A stretch of 64,000 nucleotides of DNA, taken from IMG/VR virus record IMGVR_UViG_3300027849_000009. One strand, written 5' to 3'. The position numbers and the translations under genes are program-made. Each line of letters begins with the position of its first letter. Position 1 is the first letter of the stretch. Below the pieces are notes generated by a model that worked only from the letters and a program-made list of their open reading frames with translations, made no database searches and was not told the origin of the DNA. Shown one piece after another: positions 53,515 through 63,055 of the stretch. Source of the stretch: a virus.

Positions 53515-55158
53515 ATGAAACCCACTATAGCATTGTATGAGGGTCATGATACTAATCTAACAGTATATGACCCTAATACCGACTCGTTCTACATATATGA
53601 ATTTGAACGTGTTTCAGGTATTAAACACCACAACATAAAAAATCGTACGGGTAGCAATGGTTTATCTACCAGCGCAAATGTTCAATATCTACATATTATT
53701 CTGAATCATCTTAAAGAAGTTCATGGCATTGAAAATGACTTTGGCACATTTATCTTCAAACCCATTTGGTGGAATATATCATACATTGACCGTAGTATTA
53801 TCAATTCAGACAAAGAGATTTTACCAGTCATCGATCACCATGATGCTCATGCATGGTGTGCATATGGACAGGCACCTGAATCGTTCGAGAACACTGCTTG
53901 TATAACTTATGATGGTTGGGGCGAAAACACCGCATTCAAGTACTCGTGTTTCAAAGGCATCAATCGACATTCAGTTGAACCCATGTATTATAATTTCTCG
54001 ATGGTCTACACTGCTATGGCACACTCTCTCAAGATATTACATAATACTATGGATCTTGATCTCCCGGGTAAACTAATGGGATTATCTGCATACGGTGAAG
54101 TGAATCGCACGTGGTCAGATATAATGAAAGATTCTATCAAATCAGACTGGTGGAAATATAAACTAAACAAAGATACAGGATCTAAACCACCTGCCACCTG
54201 GAACGACTCACAAAATCCATTACTTGTGATGAGAAAACAGATCAATCCGTGTATTCAGACAACTGATTATAACATAAAACTAGAGAACACTAAAGCATTC
54301 ATGCTTGCTAGGTCTGCGCAGATTGCATTCGAAGAAGGTATCGTCGAAACTATTAAAGAAGAGTTCCTTGATAAGATTGAAGCGCACGATAACAATCTGA
54401 TAATATCTGGTGGTAGTGCATTAAATGTTCTTGCTAACGAAGCAATCAAACGTGCATTTCCTGATGTCAACATATACATCCCACCAAACTGTCATGATGG
54501 CGGTCTAAGTTTTGGTATGTTATATGAACATCTAAAGACTACTAAGAAATACGATGTCACACAATCTGGTCCAAGAATATTTGATTACAAATATATGGAT
54601 CCGATGATTAAACTATACGGCGCAAAGAAGGTCAGTATTAATGATATTGCAGACTTACTTAAAGAGCAGAAGATAATAGGGATGGTGATTGGTAACATGG
54701 AAGTAGGACCGAGAGCATTAGGCAATCGTTCTATACTATGTGACGCATCTAACCCTAAGATGAAAGACACACTCAATTGTCGTGTTAAGTTCCGAGAGTG
54801 GTTTAGACCGTTCGCTCCTATATGCAGAAAGGAAGATGCACCTAAGTATTTCTACTCACCAAACTTTGATAACATGGAATGTATGCAATTCGTCGCGGAT
54901 GTGTTGCCAGAGTATCAAACTAAACTATTCTCTGTAACACACTACGACAATACTGCCAGACTGCAGGTGGTGACGGAGGAGAGCAATGCCGCAATCTATG
55001 ACATACTGACAGCGTTCGATGGAGTACTAATAAACACTTCCTTGAATGTTCAAGGTAAACCTATTCTAAATACCTTTGATGAAGCATTTCATGTTTTACA
55101 AAAGACTGGTCTAGACCATATAGTGGTAGAGTATGAAAATGATTATTGGTTATTCTAA
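53515..55158 (+). CDS. Carbamoyltransferase (NodU/CmcH/TobZ family) 1
   Basis: GHD, ER..G.KH, HHDAHA, DGWGE, GKLMGLSAYG, GPRALGNRSIL, REWFRPFAP, NTSLN. Confidence 0.9.
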   Translation: MKPTIALYEGHDTNLTVYDPNTDSFYIYEFERVSGIKHHNIKNRTGSNGLSTSANVQYLHIILNHLKEVHGIENDFGTFIFKPIWWNISYIDRSIINSDKEILPVIDHHDAHAWCAYGQAPESFENTACITYDGWGENTAFKYSCFKGINRHSVEPMYYNFSMVYTAMAHSLKILHNTMDLDLPGKLMGLSAYGEVNRTWSDIMKDSIKSDWWKYKLNKDTGSKPPATWNDSQNPLLVMRKQINPCIQTTDYNIKLENTKAFMLARSAQIAFEEGIVETIKEEFLDKIEAHDNNLIISGGSALNVLANEAIKRAFPDVNIYIPPNCHDGGLSFGMLYEHLKTTKKYDVTQSGPRIFDYKYMDPMIKLYGAKKVSINDIADLLKEQKIIGMVIGNMEVGPRALGNRSILCDASNPKMKDTLNCRVKFREWFRPFAPICRKEDAPKYFYSPNFDNMECMQFVADVLPEYQTKLFSVTHYDNTARLQVVTEESNAAIYDILTAFDGVLINTSLNVQGKPILNTFDEAFHVLQKTGLDHIVVEYENDYWLF

Positions 55159-55171
55159 GGAATTATAACAG

Positions 55172-55627
55172 ATGTGGAATATGAATGAAAGTGTATTCGA
55201 ACCCAGCGAAGAGTTTTTAAAAGACTATGTTGGATTTGTGTATCGTATCACTGAGATAGATACAGGTAAGATGTATATAGGAAAGAAGTTCTTCTGGAAA
55301 CCCAAGACACTACCCAAGAACTCTGTACGTAAAAGAAAGATAAAAATGAAAGTACCTTCGGACTGGCAGAAGTATTATGGTTCGAGTGAACATCTATTAG
55401 AGTCAATCAAGAGAACTGGCGTTGATAACTATCACCGTGAAGTTCTAAAGTTATGCACAACTAAAGGCGAATGCTCCTACTATGAAGCAAAGTTACAATT
55501 TGAATACGATGTCCTACTCGACGAACAATACTACAATGCGTTTATCGGTTGCAAAATACACGCAAAGCATTTGCCCAAACCCGCTATCGAAATACGAACA
55601 GCAGAACCTTGGTTCAATAGACCTTAA
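55172..55627 (+). CDS. GIY-YIG family nuclease
   Basis: GFVYRIT...YIGKK, W.KYYGSS, E...YYN. Confidence 0.75.
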   Translation: MWNMNESVFEPSEEFLKDYVGFVYRITEIDTGKMYIGKKFFWKPKTLPKNSVRKRKIKMKVPSDWQKYYGSSEHLLESIKRTGVDNYHREVLKLCTTKGECSYYEAKLQFEYDVLLDEQYYNAFIGCKIHAKHLPKPAIEIRTAEPWFNRP

Positions 55628-55630
55628 ACT

Positions 55631-57379
55631 ATGAGGAATCTAATCGCCGCTAATTGGGGGCATGACGCCTCACTATGTTTCTGGAATGATGTTGCGAAAA
55701 CATTTCATACTATTGAGATAGAAAAACTTGTAGGTATAAAACACTACAGAGGTCACGCACGTAAGGATGAAGAACTAGAGATTCTTAAAAGGTGTGCTAA
55801 GATAGCAGAAGAAGAGTTTGGCATACCCAACGACTATCACTGCATCATTCGTGGCAATCTATTGAACGATATCAAGAAAGAACAGATTGAAAATGGCACG
55901 GGTCGTTTGACAGATAATAAAGTTTCTGATGATATGATGCTCGATGTTGATAACATTAATGCGGCATTTAATACTAAGAATATTGATATCACATATCGAC
56001 ATCATGAAGCACACGCATGGAATGGATTCGCTCCTTCGGGATTTGACAAAGCAGTCATACTTACTATGGATGGTGGTGGTAACGATGGGTTCACTCACTT
56101 GTTCACTGCTGAACATCCTAATAAACCTCTGACAAGTCGTACACGAATACATGGAGTTCAAGCGCATGGCAGAAACTATACTCAGGCATGCCTATGGTCG
56201 TTATACAGTATAATGCAAAGCACCGACTGCTCGTTAGATGTTGCGGGTAAAGCAATGGGTGCATCGTCGTACGGAAACACTGAAAGCGATCCCTACTCGA
56301 CTGCAACGAAACTGTTTTTGAGGACTAACTCCGCTTGGAAAAACTTTAGTCCTGGCAGAATGCTGTACGAGAAACATTACAATCAACCTCTGAAAGACGG
56401 TACTAACAGCAAGATTAAGTTTATCGAAGCATTTAGTACTTCGCCCGAAGTGTACAATCCCTATAAACTATTTATTGATGAGATCGATTGGCAAACAGAA
56501 TGTGATATGGCAAGAGGCATTCAAGATGCGTTTGTTAAAGATGCTATAAAATGGTTCAAAGAGATTATGAGTGTTAGGAACATAAACCTAGATGACTACG
56601 ACAGAAATGTGGTGTTCTCTGGTGGTAGTGCGTTAAATGTACTGTTCAATGATATACTACAGCGAGAGATGAATATCAATCTATTCGTGCCGCCTAATCC
56701 AGCAGACCAAGGAATTCCCTACGGTATGCTCGTGCAATGGATGGTCGATCATGCAACACAATACTCGCGTGAAGAAACTACGTACTCTGGTCAAAAGATA
56801 CAAGACATGGAGGACTTACAGAAATATTATCATTCACACAAAGGCAGAATGACAACTATTGCAGATGTAGCAAGCATACTGAAAGATGATAAGATTGTCG
56901 GACTCGTGCAAGGTGGCATGGAAGTAGGTGCGAGAGCATTAGGCAATCGTTCTATACTTGCTGATCCAAAGGGCGCAGATAAGAAAGACAAAGTTAATGT
57001 AGTAAAGAGACGCGAAGCATACCGTCCGTTCGCGCCAGTATGTAGATTAGAAGATGTAGAGACTTACTTTGACTCAGTTCGTTATGACAATCTATCTTAT
57101 ATGAATTTTGCGATAAAGACTCGTGAGGAACATATAGATAAGTTAAGAGCAGTTACTCATGTTGATGGGACAGCAAGAGTACAGACAGTTACTAAAGAAC
57201 AGAATACAATACTACATGATTTATTAAGTGAATTTGATGGTGTATTATTGAACACTTCTTTCAATGTGAAAGGATCTCCAATACTAAATACACTTAAAGA
57301 AGCGTTCTATATGCTTGACGAAACCACACTCGATCATCTGGTAGTAGTAGATGAACATAACACAATATGGATTTTTTAA
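55631..57379 (+). CDS. Carbamoyltransferase (NodU/CmcH/TobZ family) 2
   Basis: GHDAS, HHEAHA, DGGG, GKAMG, GARALGNRSIL, RPFAP, NTSFN. Confidence 0.9.
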   Translation: MRNLIAANWGHDASLCFWNDVAKTFHTIEIEKLVGIKHYRGHARKDEELEILKRCAKIAEEEFGIPNDYHCIIRGNLLNDIKKEQIENGTGRLTDNKVSDDMMLDVDNINAAFNTKNIDITYRHHEAHAWNGFAPSGFDKAVILTMDGGGNDGFTHLFTAEHPNKPLTSRTRIHGVQAHGRNYTQACLWSLYSIMQSTDCSLDVAGKAMGASSYGNTESDPYSTATKLFLRTNSAWKNFSPGRMLYEKHYNQPLKDGTNSKIKFIEAFSTSPEVYNPYKLFIDEIDWQTECDMARGIQDAFVKDAIKWFKEIMSVRNINLDDYDRNVVFSGGSALNVLFNDILQREMNINLFVPPNPADQGIPYGMLVQWMVDHATQYSREETTYSGQKIQDMEDLQKYYHSHKGRMTTIADVASILKDDKIVGLVQGGMEVGARALGNRSILADPKGADKKDKVNVVKRREAYRPFAPVCRLEDVETYFDSVRYDNLSYMNFAIKTREEHIDKLRAVTHVDGTARVQTVTKEQNTILHDLLSEFDGVLLNTSFNVKGSPILNTLKEAFYMLDETTLDHLVVVDEHNTIWIF

Positions 57380-58128
57380 TGTTAAAATTTCAACAGTACA
57401 TAAACGAACAAGCAATAATAGAACAAGCAGAACTAGACCTAATCAACGAAGGCGTAAATGATCCAGCAATCTTTAAAGCAGTGTTTCTTGCTGGTGGTCC
57501 TGGTAGTGGCAAGTCGTTCATTGTTGGCAAAACTGGATTAGGTAGTTTTGGATTTCGTGTAGTCAACTCTGATGATGCATTTGAAAACTCTATGAAGAAA
57601 GCAGGCATGGAGATGAATCCGGATAACATCTTCTCTGTTAAAGGACAAGAACTACGTGGTAAAGCAACTAAGTTGACTGCCGCTAAACAAGAGATGTATC
57701 TTAAAGGTCGTCTCGGTATTGTTATTGATGGTACTGGTAAAGACTCTGCTAAGATTAAAAAGCAACGTGCGGCACTAGAGAAGATGGGATACGAAACTGC
57801 AATCATTATAGTGAACACCAACTTAGAATCCGCTGTTGATCGTGATACAAAACGTCAACGCTCGATTGGTAAGAAGATGCTGGAACCCATGTGGCAGGCA
57901 GTACAAGATAATATCGGAGCATACCAACAGATGTTTGGTCAAGAGAATACATTCATTGTTGATAACTCAGACGTTGATGGTGTTACTGATAAGAAAGAAA
58001 TCTTGAAATTGATCGACAAGAAAACAATGGCAGCATACAAGGGAATTGGTGCATGGTCTAAGAGACCAGTTAAAGGATCTCGTGCTAAGAAGTGGATTAA
58101 ATCTGAGTTAAAAAATAAGACTAGATAA
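57379..58128 (+). CDS. P-loop kinase (zeta-toxin/PNK-like) with IP-like N-terminus
   Basis: GGPGSGKS, NSDD, VIDGT; MLKFQQYINE. Confidence 0.75.
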   Translation: MLKFQQYINEQAIIEQAELDLINEGVNDPAIFKAVFLAGGPGSGKSFIVGKTGLGSFGFRVVNSDDAFENSMKKAGMEMNPDNIFSVKGQELRGKATKLTAAKQEMYLKGRLGIVIDGTGKDSAKIKKQRAALEKMGYETAIIIVNTNLESAVDRDTKRQRSIGKKMLEPMWQAVQDNIGAYQQMFGQENTFIVDNSDVDGVTDKKEILKLIDKKTMAAYKGIGAWSKRPVKGSRAKKWIKSELKNKTR

Positions 58129-58142
58129 TAGTAAGAAATAGG

Positions 58143-58171
58143 TTGACAGGCGTACTGTGATCGTGTATAAT
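58143..58171 (+). promoter_or_regulatory. Sigma70-type promoter
   Basis: TTGACA-N17-TATAAT. Confidence 0.7.
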
Positions 58172-58218
58172 GCACTTAGTACGTTTTTAATTGAATAAGA
58201 TGATAGGTTGTTAGTAAT

Positions 58219-58650
58219 ATGAGTTATGCAAGAAAGAAAGAAGTATATCAAATACTTAAACTAGTTGAATCAGCAAAGTCTCGTAAAGACAAGATCCAAG
58301 TCTTACGTGATAACAATATAATGGCACTACGAGATGTACTTCAAGGTACATTCGATCCCACTATCAAATTCAAACTGCCAGAAGGCACACCTCCGTTTAC
58401 TGCAAATGAAGAAAACACTGCACCCTCATCATTACTAAGGCATCATAGATTCTTTAAGTATTTTGTTGAGGGAGTTGGTGAGTGTGAAAAACTCACAAAC
58501 CTCAGGCGTGAAAAAATGTTCATTGAAGTACTCGAAGCGATTCACCCACAAGATGCCGAAATTGTAATCAAAATGGTTGCAAAGAAAACCCCCTTGAAAG
58601 GATTGACCAAGAAATTGGTACAGGAGGCATTGCCTGATTTGATCCGATAA
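58219..58650 (+). CDS. Conserved T4-like hypothetical protein
   Basis: FD....LPEG.PP, RE.MFI..LE..HP..AE. Confidence 0.75.
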   Translation: MSYARKKEVYQILKLVESAKSRKDKIQVLRDNNIMALRDVLQGTFDPTIKFKLPEGTPPFTANEENTAPSSLLRHHRFFKYFVEGVGECEKLTNLRREKMFIEVLEAIHPQDAEIVIKMVAKKTPLKGLTKKLVQEALPDLIR

Positions 58651-58698
58651 TTTGTCATGTTGAAGTTTAATTAACTAACCCCCTTACGGAGTACGCCT

Positions 58699-58869
58699 AT
58701 GGTAGAAAGAAATCAGATAGCAAGGTTAAGAAAAGATTCTCAAGAACTTGGACACTATATCCACAAATTGAATAAGAAAGGAAATGCAGATAAAGCGTAT
58801 AAAATCGCCAAACGGCAATCTTTCCTCAATCAGGTAATAGAGCAATTCGAGACTTCAATAGCAAAATAA
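58699..58869 (+). CDS. Small basic protein (56 aa, not in track)
   Basis: GGAG SD; MVERNQIARLRKDSQEL... Confidence 0.6.
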   Translation: MVERNQIARLRKDSQELGHYIHKLNKKGNADKAYKIAKRQSFLNQVIEQFETSIAK

Positions 58870-58923
58870 GGGGGTGATCCTATCTCTTTGGAGTAATTAC
58901 AGTTACTTCATCGTATGTTTTAG

Positions 58924-58956
58924 GATAGCGTCTCAAGGATGAGACATATCTTTTTT
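58924..58956 (+). terminator. Intrinsic terminator with AGGA loop
   Basis: GTCTCA-AGGA-TGAGAC stem, outer GATA/TATC, T6. Confidence 0.65.
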
Positions 58957-59005
58957 ATACATAATGTAAACTATAAGAAACAATGTACAGGATAAGAAAC
59001 AAATA

Positions 59006-59242
59006 ATGCCTATTTACACAATGAAAAACATTAATACTGGCGAAACAGAAGATATGTTTATGTCTATAGCAAACATGGAAAAATTCGTGGCAGAAGGTAC
59101 TCACACACAAGTTATGAGTGCGCCTGCTTTGGTAAGTCATACAGGTAACATCATCAATAAGACATCTGGTGATTGGAAAGAACATCTTACTCGCTGTCAG
59201 AAAGCGGCAGGCACTCACATTCCTAATACTATAAAAGTATAA
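59006..59242 (+). CDS. FmdB-like small protein
   Basis: MPIYT..N..TGE; precedes phoH. Confidence 0.6.
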   Translation: MPIYTMKNINTGETEDMFMSIANMEKFVAEGTHTQVMSAPALVSHTGNIINKTSGDWKEHLTRCQKAAGTHIPNTIKV

Positions 59243-59243
59243 T

Positions 59244-59969
59244 ATGAAATCAAAACAAACTAAAGGTCAGTTCATTACAGCGGCACCGGCACGTCGACCC
59301 AGAACACTTCGTCTCTGCGACTTGATGACTATCGATCCTCTTACAGATAAGCAGAGAGATACGTTTGAAGCATATAAGTCTGGTGATCATCTAGCACTCG
59401 TAGGAACAGCAGGAACAGGTAAGACATTTCTTGCTCTATATCTTGCGTTCGAAGAGATGATGAATAAGTCAACAATATACGAATCAGTTAGAATCGTTCG
59501 CTCAGTTGTACCTACAAGAGATGTTGGTTTCTTGCCAGGAACACTAGAAGAGAAACTTGATGCGTTCACAGGACCTTATCGTTCTGCTTGTGCTGAGTTG
59601 TTCGGAGACGGTGAAGCGTATGATAAACTGATTGATGCCAACCAATTAACATTCGAGTCTACATCATTTATTCGTGGTGTCACATATGATAACTCTATTG
59701 TTATTGTCGATGAGATGCAGAACTTAAACTTTCACGAGTTAGATTCTATCATCACACGTATCGGTCAAAACAGTAAGATTATATTTGCAGGTGATTATCT
59801 GCAATCAGATTTCAAGAATAAGAATGAAAAAGAAGGGGTTAATAAATTCCTAAGTATACTTGAGAACATGAAACATTTCAGCATAGTTACATTTACTTGG
59901 GAAGACATCGTAAGGTCTGACTTCGTGAGAGACTATATAATGACTAAAGAACATATGGGCATAACATAA
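59244..59969 (+). CDS. phoH: PhoH family ATPase
   Basis: GTAGTGKT, GFLPG.LEEK, RGVT, DEMQN, TRIG, GD..QSD, DIVRS. Confidence 0.92.
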   Translation: MKSKQTKGQFITAAPARRPRTLRLCDLMTIDPLTDKQRDTFEAYKSGDHLALVGTAGTGKTFLALYLAFEEMMNKSTIYESVRIVRSVVPTRDVGFLPGTLEEKLDAFTGPYRSACAELFGDGEAYDKLIDANQLTFESTSFIRGVTYDNSIVIVDEMQNLNFHELDSIITRIGQNSKIIFAGDYLQSDFKNKNEKEGVNKFLSILENMKHFSIVTFTWEDIVRSDFVRDYIMTKEHMGIT

Positions 59970-60415
59970 TGAACAGAACAAATTTATTTGAACAATTAAA
60001 AATCGACGAAGGTGTCAAGTACGAAGTGTACAAGGATCATCTTGGTTATCCAACATTTGGTGTAGGTCACTTAATTTTAAAAGATGACCCCGAATATGGA
60101 TTCGAAGAAGGCACTCCTATCTCAGAAGAACGTGTTGTTGAAGCGTTTAAATATGACAGTGAGTTAGCAGAGTCAGAGTGTGTTGCACTATTCGGTAACG
60201 GATTCATGTTGTGGCAACCAGAAGTACAAGAAATCTGCATTAACATGATGTTCAACTTAGGTCGTACTCGACTAAGTAAGTTCAAGAACTTCAGGGCAGC
60301 ACTTAAAGATAAAGACTTTGCACGAGCGGCAGTAGAAGGTCGTGATAGTCTATGGTACAGACAAGTAGGCAATCGTGCCGAGCGTCTGATGGTTAGATTG
60401 GAAGCACTAGGATAA
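59969..60415 (+). CDS. Lysozyme/endolysin (GH24, T4 e-like)
   Basis: DEG...Y.D.LGYPTFGVGHL, NM.FNLG, S.WYRQV.NRA.RL. Confidence 0.88.
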   Translation: MNRTNLFEQLKIDEGVKYEVYKDHLGYPTFGVGHLILKDDPEYGFEEGTPISEERVVEAFKYDSELAESECVALFGNGFMLWQPEVQEICINMMFNLGRTRLSKFKNFRAALKDKDFARAAVEGRDSLWYRQVGNRAERLMVRLEALG

Positions 60416-60420
60416 TAGTA

Positions 60421-60576
60421 ATGGCAAAGTACGGTCGATTCGATCCCCGTAATAAGAAGAAAGAGCAGAAGTCTGGTAAGAAAGTAAGAACACCACAGGA
60501 TGCTATGAATTTTATTAACTCGCTTGATAAGAGGTCTTTCTCGGAGTCTACTACAGATCAACGTGAACAAAAGTAA
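60421..60576 (+). CDS. Small basic protein (51 aa, not in track)
   Basis: MAKYGRFDPRNKKK... Confidence 0.55.
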   Translation: MAKYGRFDPRNKKKEQKSGKKVRTPQDAMNFINSLDKRSFSESTTDQREQK

Positions 60577-61463
60577 TGCCATTACAAGAGTACGTCGATC
60601 CATGGAAAGGACTGTCTTTTCTTTTTACAGATACTAATACTGTAGATTGGAAGGGCACCATTGGTGTCGGCGACATACTCTTTGGTCTTAATGCTGTACA
60701 TATGCTCACACATCTAGCACGAAAGTCTGGTCGCGATGTGCCATTCACTACGATGAATGTGCATTGGAATCACAGCGAAGACCACCTCCATCACTTCGAA
60801 GATCCCGAAACTATCATTGAGCGAACTGATTACATTCATTCGTTCTATCACGATAAAGAATCCGTAAAGATTAATCATATCTTTAACTCCACTGACAATG
60901 AGATTGAACGTCTACGTCATAGAGGACTACAACGTAAGTCTGGTGCGAGAGATGTGCTAGATGGTATCCCGTCATGGATGTTCAGACGCGATTGCTGGCA
61001 CGATTCAAGTGAAAGCAAGAAGGTCGTATTCTGGAGACCATTCGTACTTAATGCAGAGATCCCACGTGGGTGGAAACGAACCTTTCAACCCGAAGACTGG
61101 GAAAGAATACTCGACATACTACGCGCCAAAGGTTATGAACTTATTGAGTTGTCGTACCGCACCCCCGTAAGAGAAGCATTCTATCATATCAACACTTGTC
61201 GTTTTGGTATATTCTACGATGGCATGTGGCAGTACATTGCAAAGAATTTATGTAAACCTGTTGTAGCATTAGGCGACAATGGTATCATTCACATACACAA
61301 TCCGCAGGGCGTCAACTTCAAGTTACCTATACCAGATGCTGGAGGTGGTACTGTATTCTCTTATCTTGAGGGTTTAGATAAAGGAAATCAAAATCACATG
61401 GATCGTCGTGCAGAGAAATATCGAGATTTTATACTAAATGAGTTGCAAGTTGAAGACATTTAG
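60576..61463 (+). CDS. Putative GT-B glycosyltransferase (GT9-like)
   Basis: GVGDIL, KR.F...W, YDGMWQYIA....PVVALG. Confidence 0.45.
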   Translation: MPLQEYVDPWKGLSFLFTDTNTVDWKGTIGVGDILFGLNAVHMLTHLARKSGRDVPFTTMNVHWNHSEDHLHHFEDPETIIERTDYIHSFYHDKESVKINHIFNSTDNEIERLRHRGLQRKSGARDVLDGIPSWMFRRDCWHDSSESKKVVFWRPFVLNAEIPRGWKRTFQPEDWERILDILRAKGYELIELSYRTPVREAFYHINTCRFGIFYDGMWQYIAKNLCKPVVALGDNGIIHIHNPQGVNFKLPIPDAGGGTVFSYLEGLDKGNQNHMDRRAEKYRDFILNELQVEDI

Positions 61464-61508
61464 TGTATACTATACATAGTAGTCTATAACGTAATAAAGT
61501 GAATTAAT

Positions 61509-62477
61509 ATGAAAATCGATAGAGCAGTAATTGAGATTGAAGGTGCATGTAACTTCTCATGTACCATGTGTCCACAAGACAAGCGCAACGAACAGGGCGG
61601 GCGACACAAAGACTTTCTTCGTAAGATGAATCTATTGGAGTTTGAGGACTACGTAAGAGATTGCGCACAGCATGGTTTACGTGTAGTTAATCTTGATGGT
61701 TCTGGCGAAGCAACAATTCTACGAACACTTCCTAAATATATTGAAATCGTTAAGAGATACAATGCCGAGTGCGTTATCTTCTCTAACGGTTTTAAGATGC
61801 ATGGTCAATTCATGCGAGACTGTGTTGATGCAGGACTCGACTTCTTCAGGTTTTCGTTCATCGGTTCGAATCCAGAAAAGTATCAACAATGGATGTATAA
61901 CACTCGCGGTTCGAACTACGAGTTTATCAAGAAGAACATTCGTGAGATGCGCGACTATGTTAAGTCATCGGGTTCTACATGTACTGTAGCAACATATCAT
62001 CTTATCACTGACAACGACAACTACGAGAACGAACTTGCTGAGTATAAAGCAATCGTTGAAGAGTTAGATGTTAAGACTGAAATCTGGAAGATGCACAACT
62101 GGTCAGGCGTATATGAGTTAGATGTTAATGCTCGAAAGGGTGAAGTTAAAACATGTGGTCGACCATTCGCTCCTGATGTTGTGATTCGTGCTGGCGGTTT
62201 AGATGGTAACAGAGGTGCAGTTGCGCCATGTTGTCAAGTATTAGGTCGCGACGAAGAGGCAGTTCTTGGTCATTGTTCTGTAAACACTATCGAAGAGATT
62301 TGGGATGGACCTGCTTACACCGAGTTAAGAGACAATCATACTACAGGTGACTATCCAGATTACTGTAAGTCGTGTGACTTTTTACTTGACGATCCAGAAG
62401 TTTTAGTCTATAGTAACCATGAACGTGATCTACACCAGATGTACGGCACTGAATTTAGTCTTGAGGAATTTCGATGA
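61509..62477 (+). CDS. Radical SAM/SPASM enzyme
   Basis: CNFSCTMC, GSGE, C-terminal C..P...PCC...C..C. Confidence 0.9.
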   Translation: MKIDRAVIEIEGACNFSCTMCPQDKRNEQGGRHKDFLRKMNLLEFEDYVRDCAQHGLRVVNLDGSGEATILRTLPKYIEIVKRYNAECVIFSNGFKMHGQFMRDCVDAGLDFFRFSFIGSNPEKYQQWMYNTRGSNYEFIKKNIREMRDYVKSSGSTCTVATYHLITDNDNYENELAEYKAIVEELDVKTEIWKMHNWSGVYELDVNARKGEVKTCGRPFAPDVVIRAGGLDGNRGAVAPCCQVLGRDEEAVLGHCSVNTIEEIWDGPAYTELRDNHTTGDYPDYCKSCDFLLDDPEVLVYSNHERDLHQMYGTEFSLEEFR

Positions 62478-63055
62478 AACCAGATGTTCATATGATTACT
62501 ATTACTGGTAATGCTATATCAGAACACTATCGCGATCTTGTTAAACCATCGTGGGAAGATGCTGGTTGGAAAGTTTTAAACTTCGAAGCGTTAGTTCCTG
62601 AGGACTGTGTGAATGTGAAAATCTTACCCTTAGGCGATAAGCGTCGAGGTGCTAAGATAGTTGGATTTACTGAAACAGAGATAGCAGTTTGGTACAGTCA
62701 TTACTATGCTTGGATGCTATGTCGTAAGTTAGATAAACCTATCATCGTAGCAGAGCATGACATTCTATTAGAACAAGATATTGATCCAGATGTGTTCAAT
62801 CATCCTATTGCCTGCTTGTCTCATGTCACACGAAGAAACGGTGATCATGCTAAACTCGCGGGTGGTGCATATTATATTACGCCAGCAGGCGCAAAGAGAT
62901 TATGTGCAATCAAAGACCATAAGAAAGACTCTGTTGATTATAACTCTGATGCTTGGATACATCGTATTTGTGATACTTACGGTAAATGGTTTATGATGAC
63001 AACTATACAAGTGCAAGACCAAGAAGTTGGTGTTACAGTTGAGCATAGAAAATGA
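62474..63055 (+). CDS. Glycosyltransferase family 25-like
   Basis: E.A.WYSH..AW, IIVAEHDI, AYYITP.GAK.L. Confidence 0.7.
   Translation: MKPDVHMITITGNAISEHYRDLVKPSWEDAGWKVLNFEALVPEDCVNVKILPLGDKRRGAKIVGFTETEIAVWYSHYYAWMLCRKLDKPIIVAEHDILLEQDIDPDVFNHPIACLSHVTRRNGDHAKLAGGAYYITPAGAKRLCAIKDHKKDSVDYNSDAWIHRICDTYGKWFMMTTIQVQDQEVGVTVEHRK

Noticed and set aside
55172-55627. GIY-YIG gene as an intron-encoded homing endonuclease splitting one carbamoyltransferase
   Set aside because: Both flanking genes are complete two-domain enzymes with their own start and stop, and there is no room for intron structure.
57379-58128. Zeta toxin of a toxin-antitoxin pair
   Set aside because: There is no adjacent antitoxin-like gene, and only generic P-loop kinase motifs are visible.
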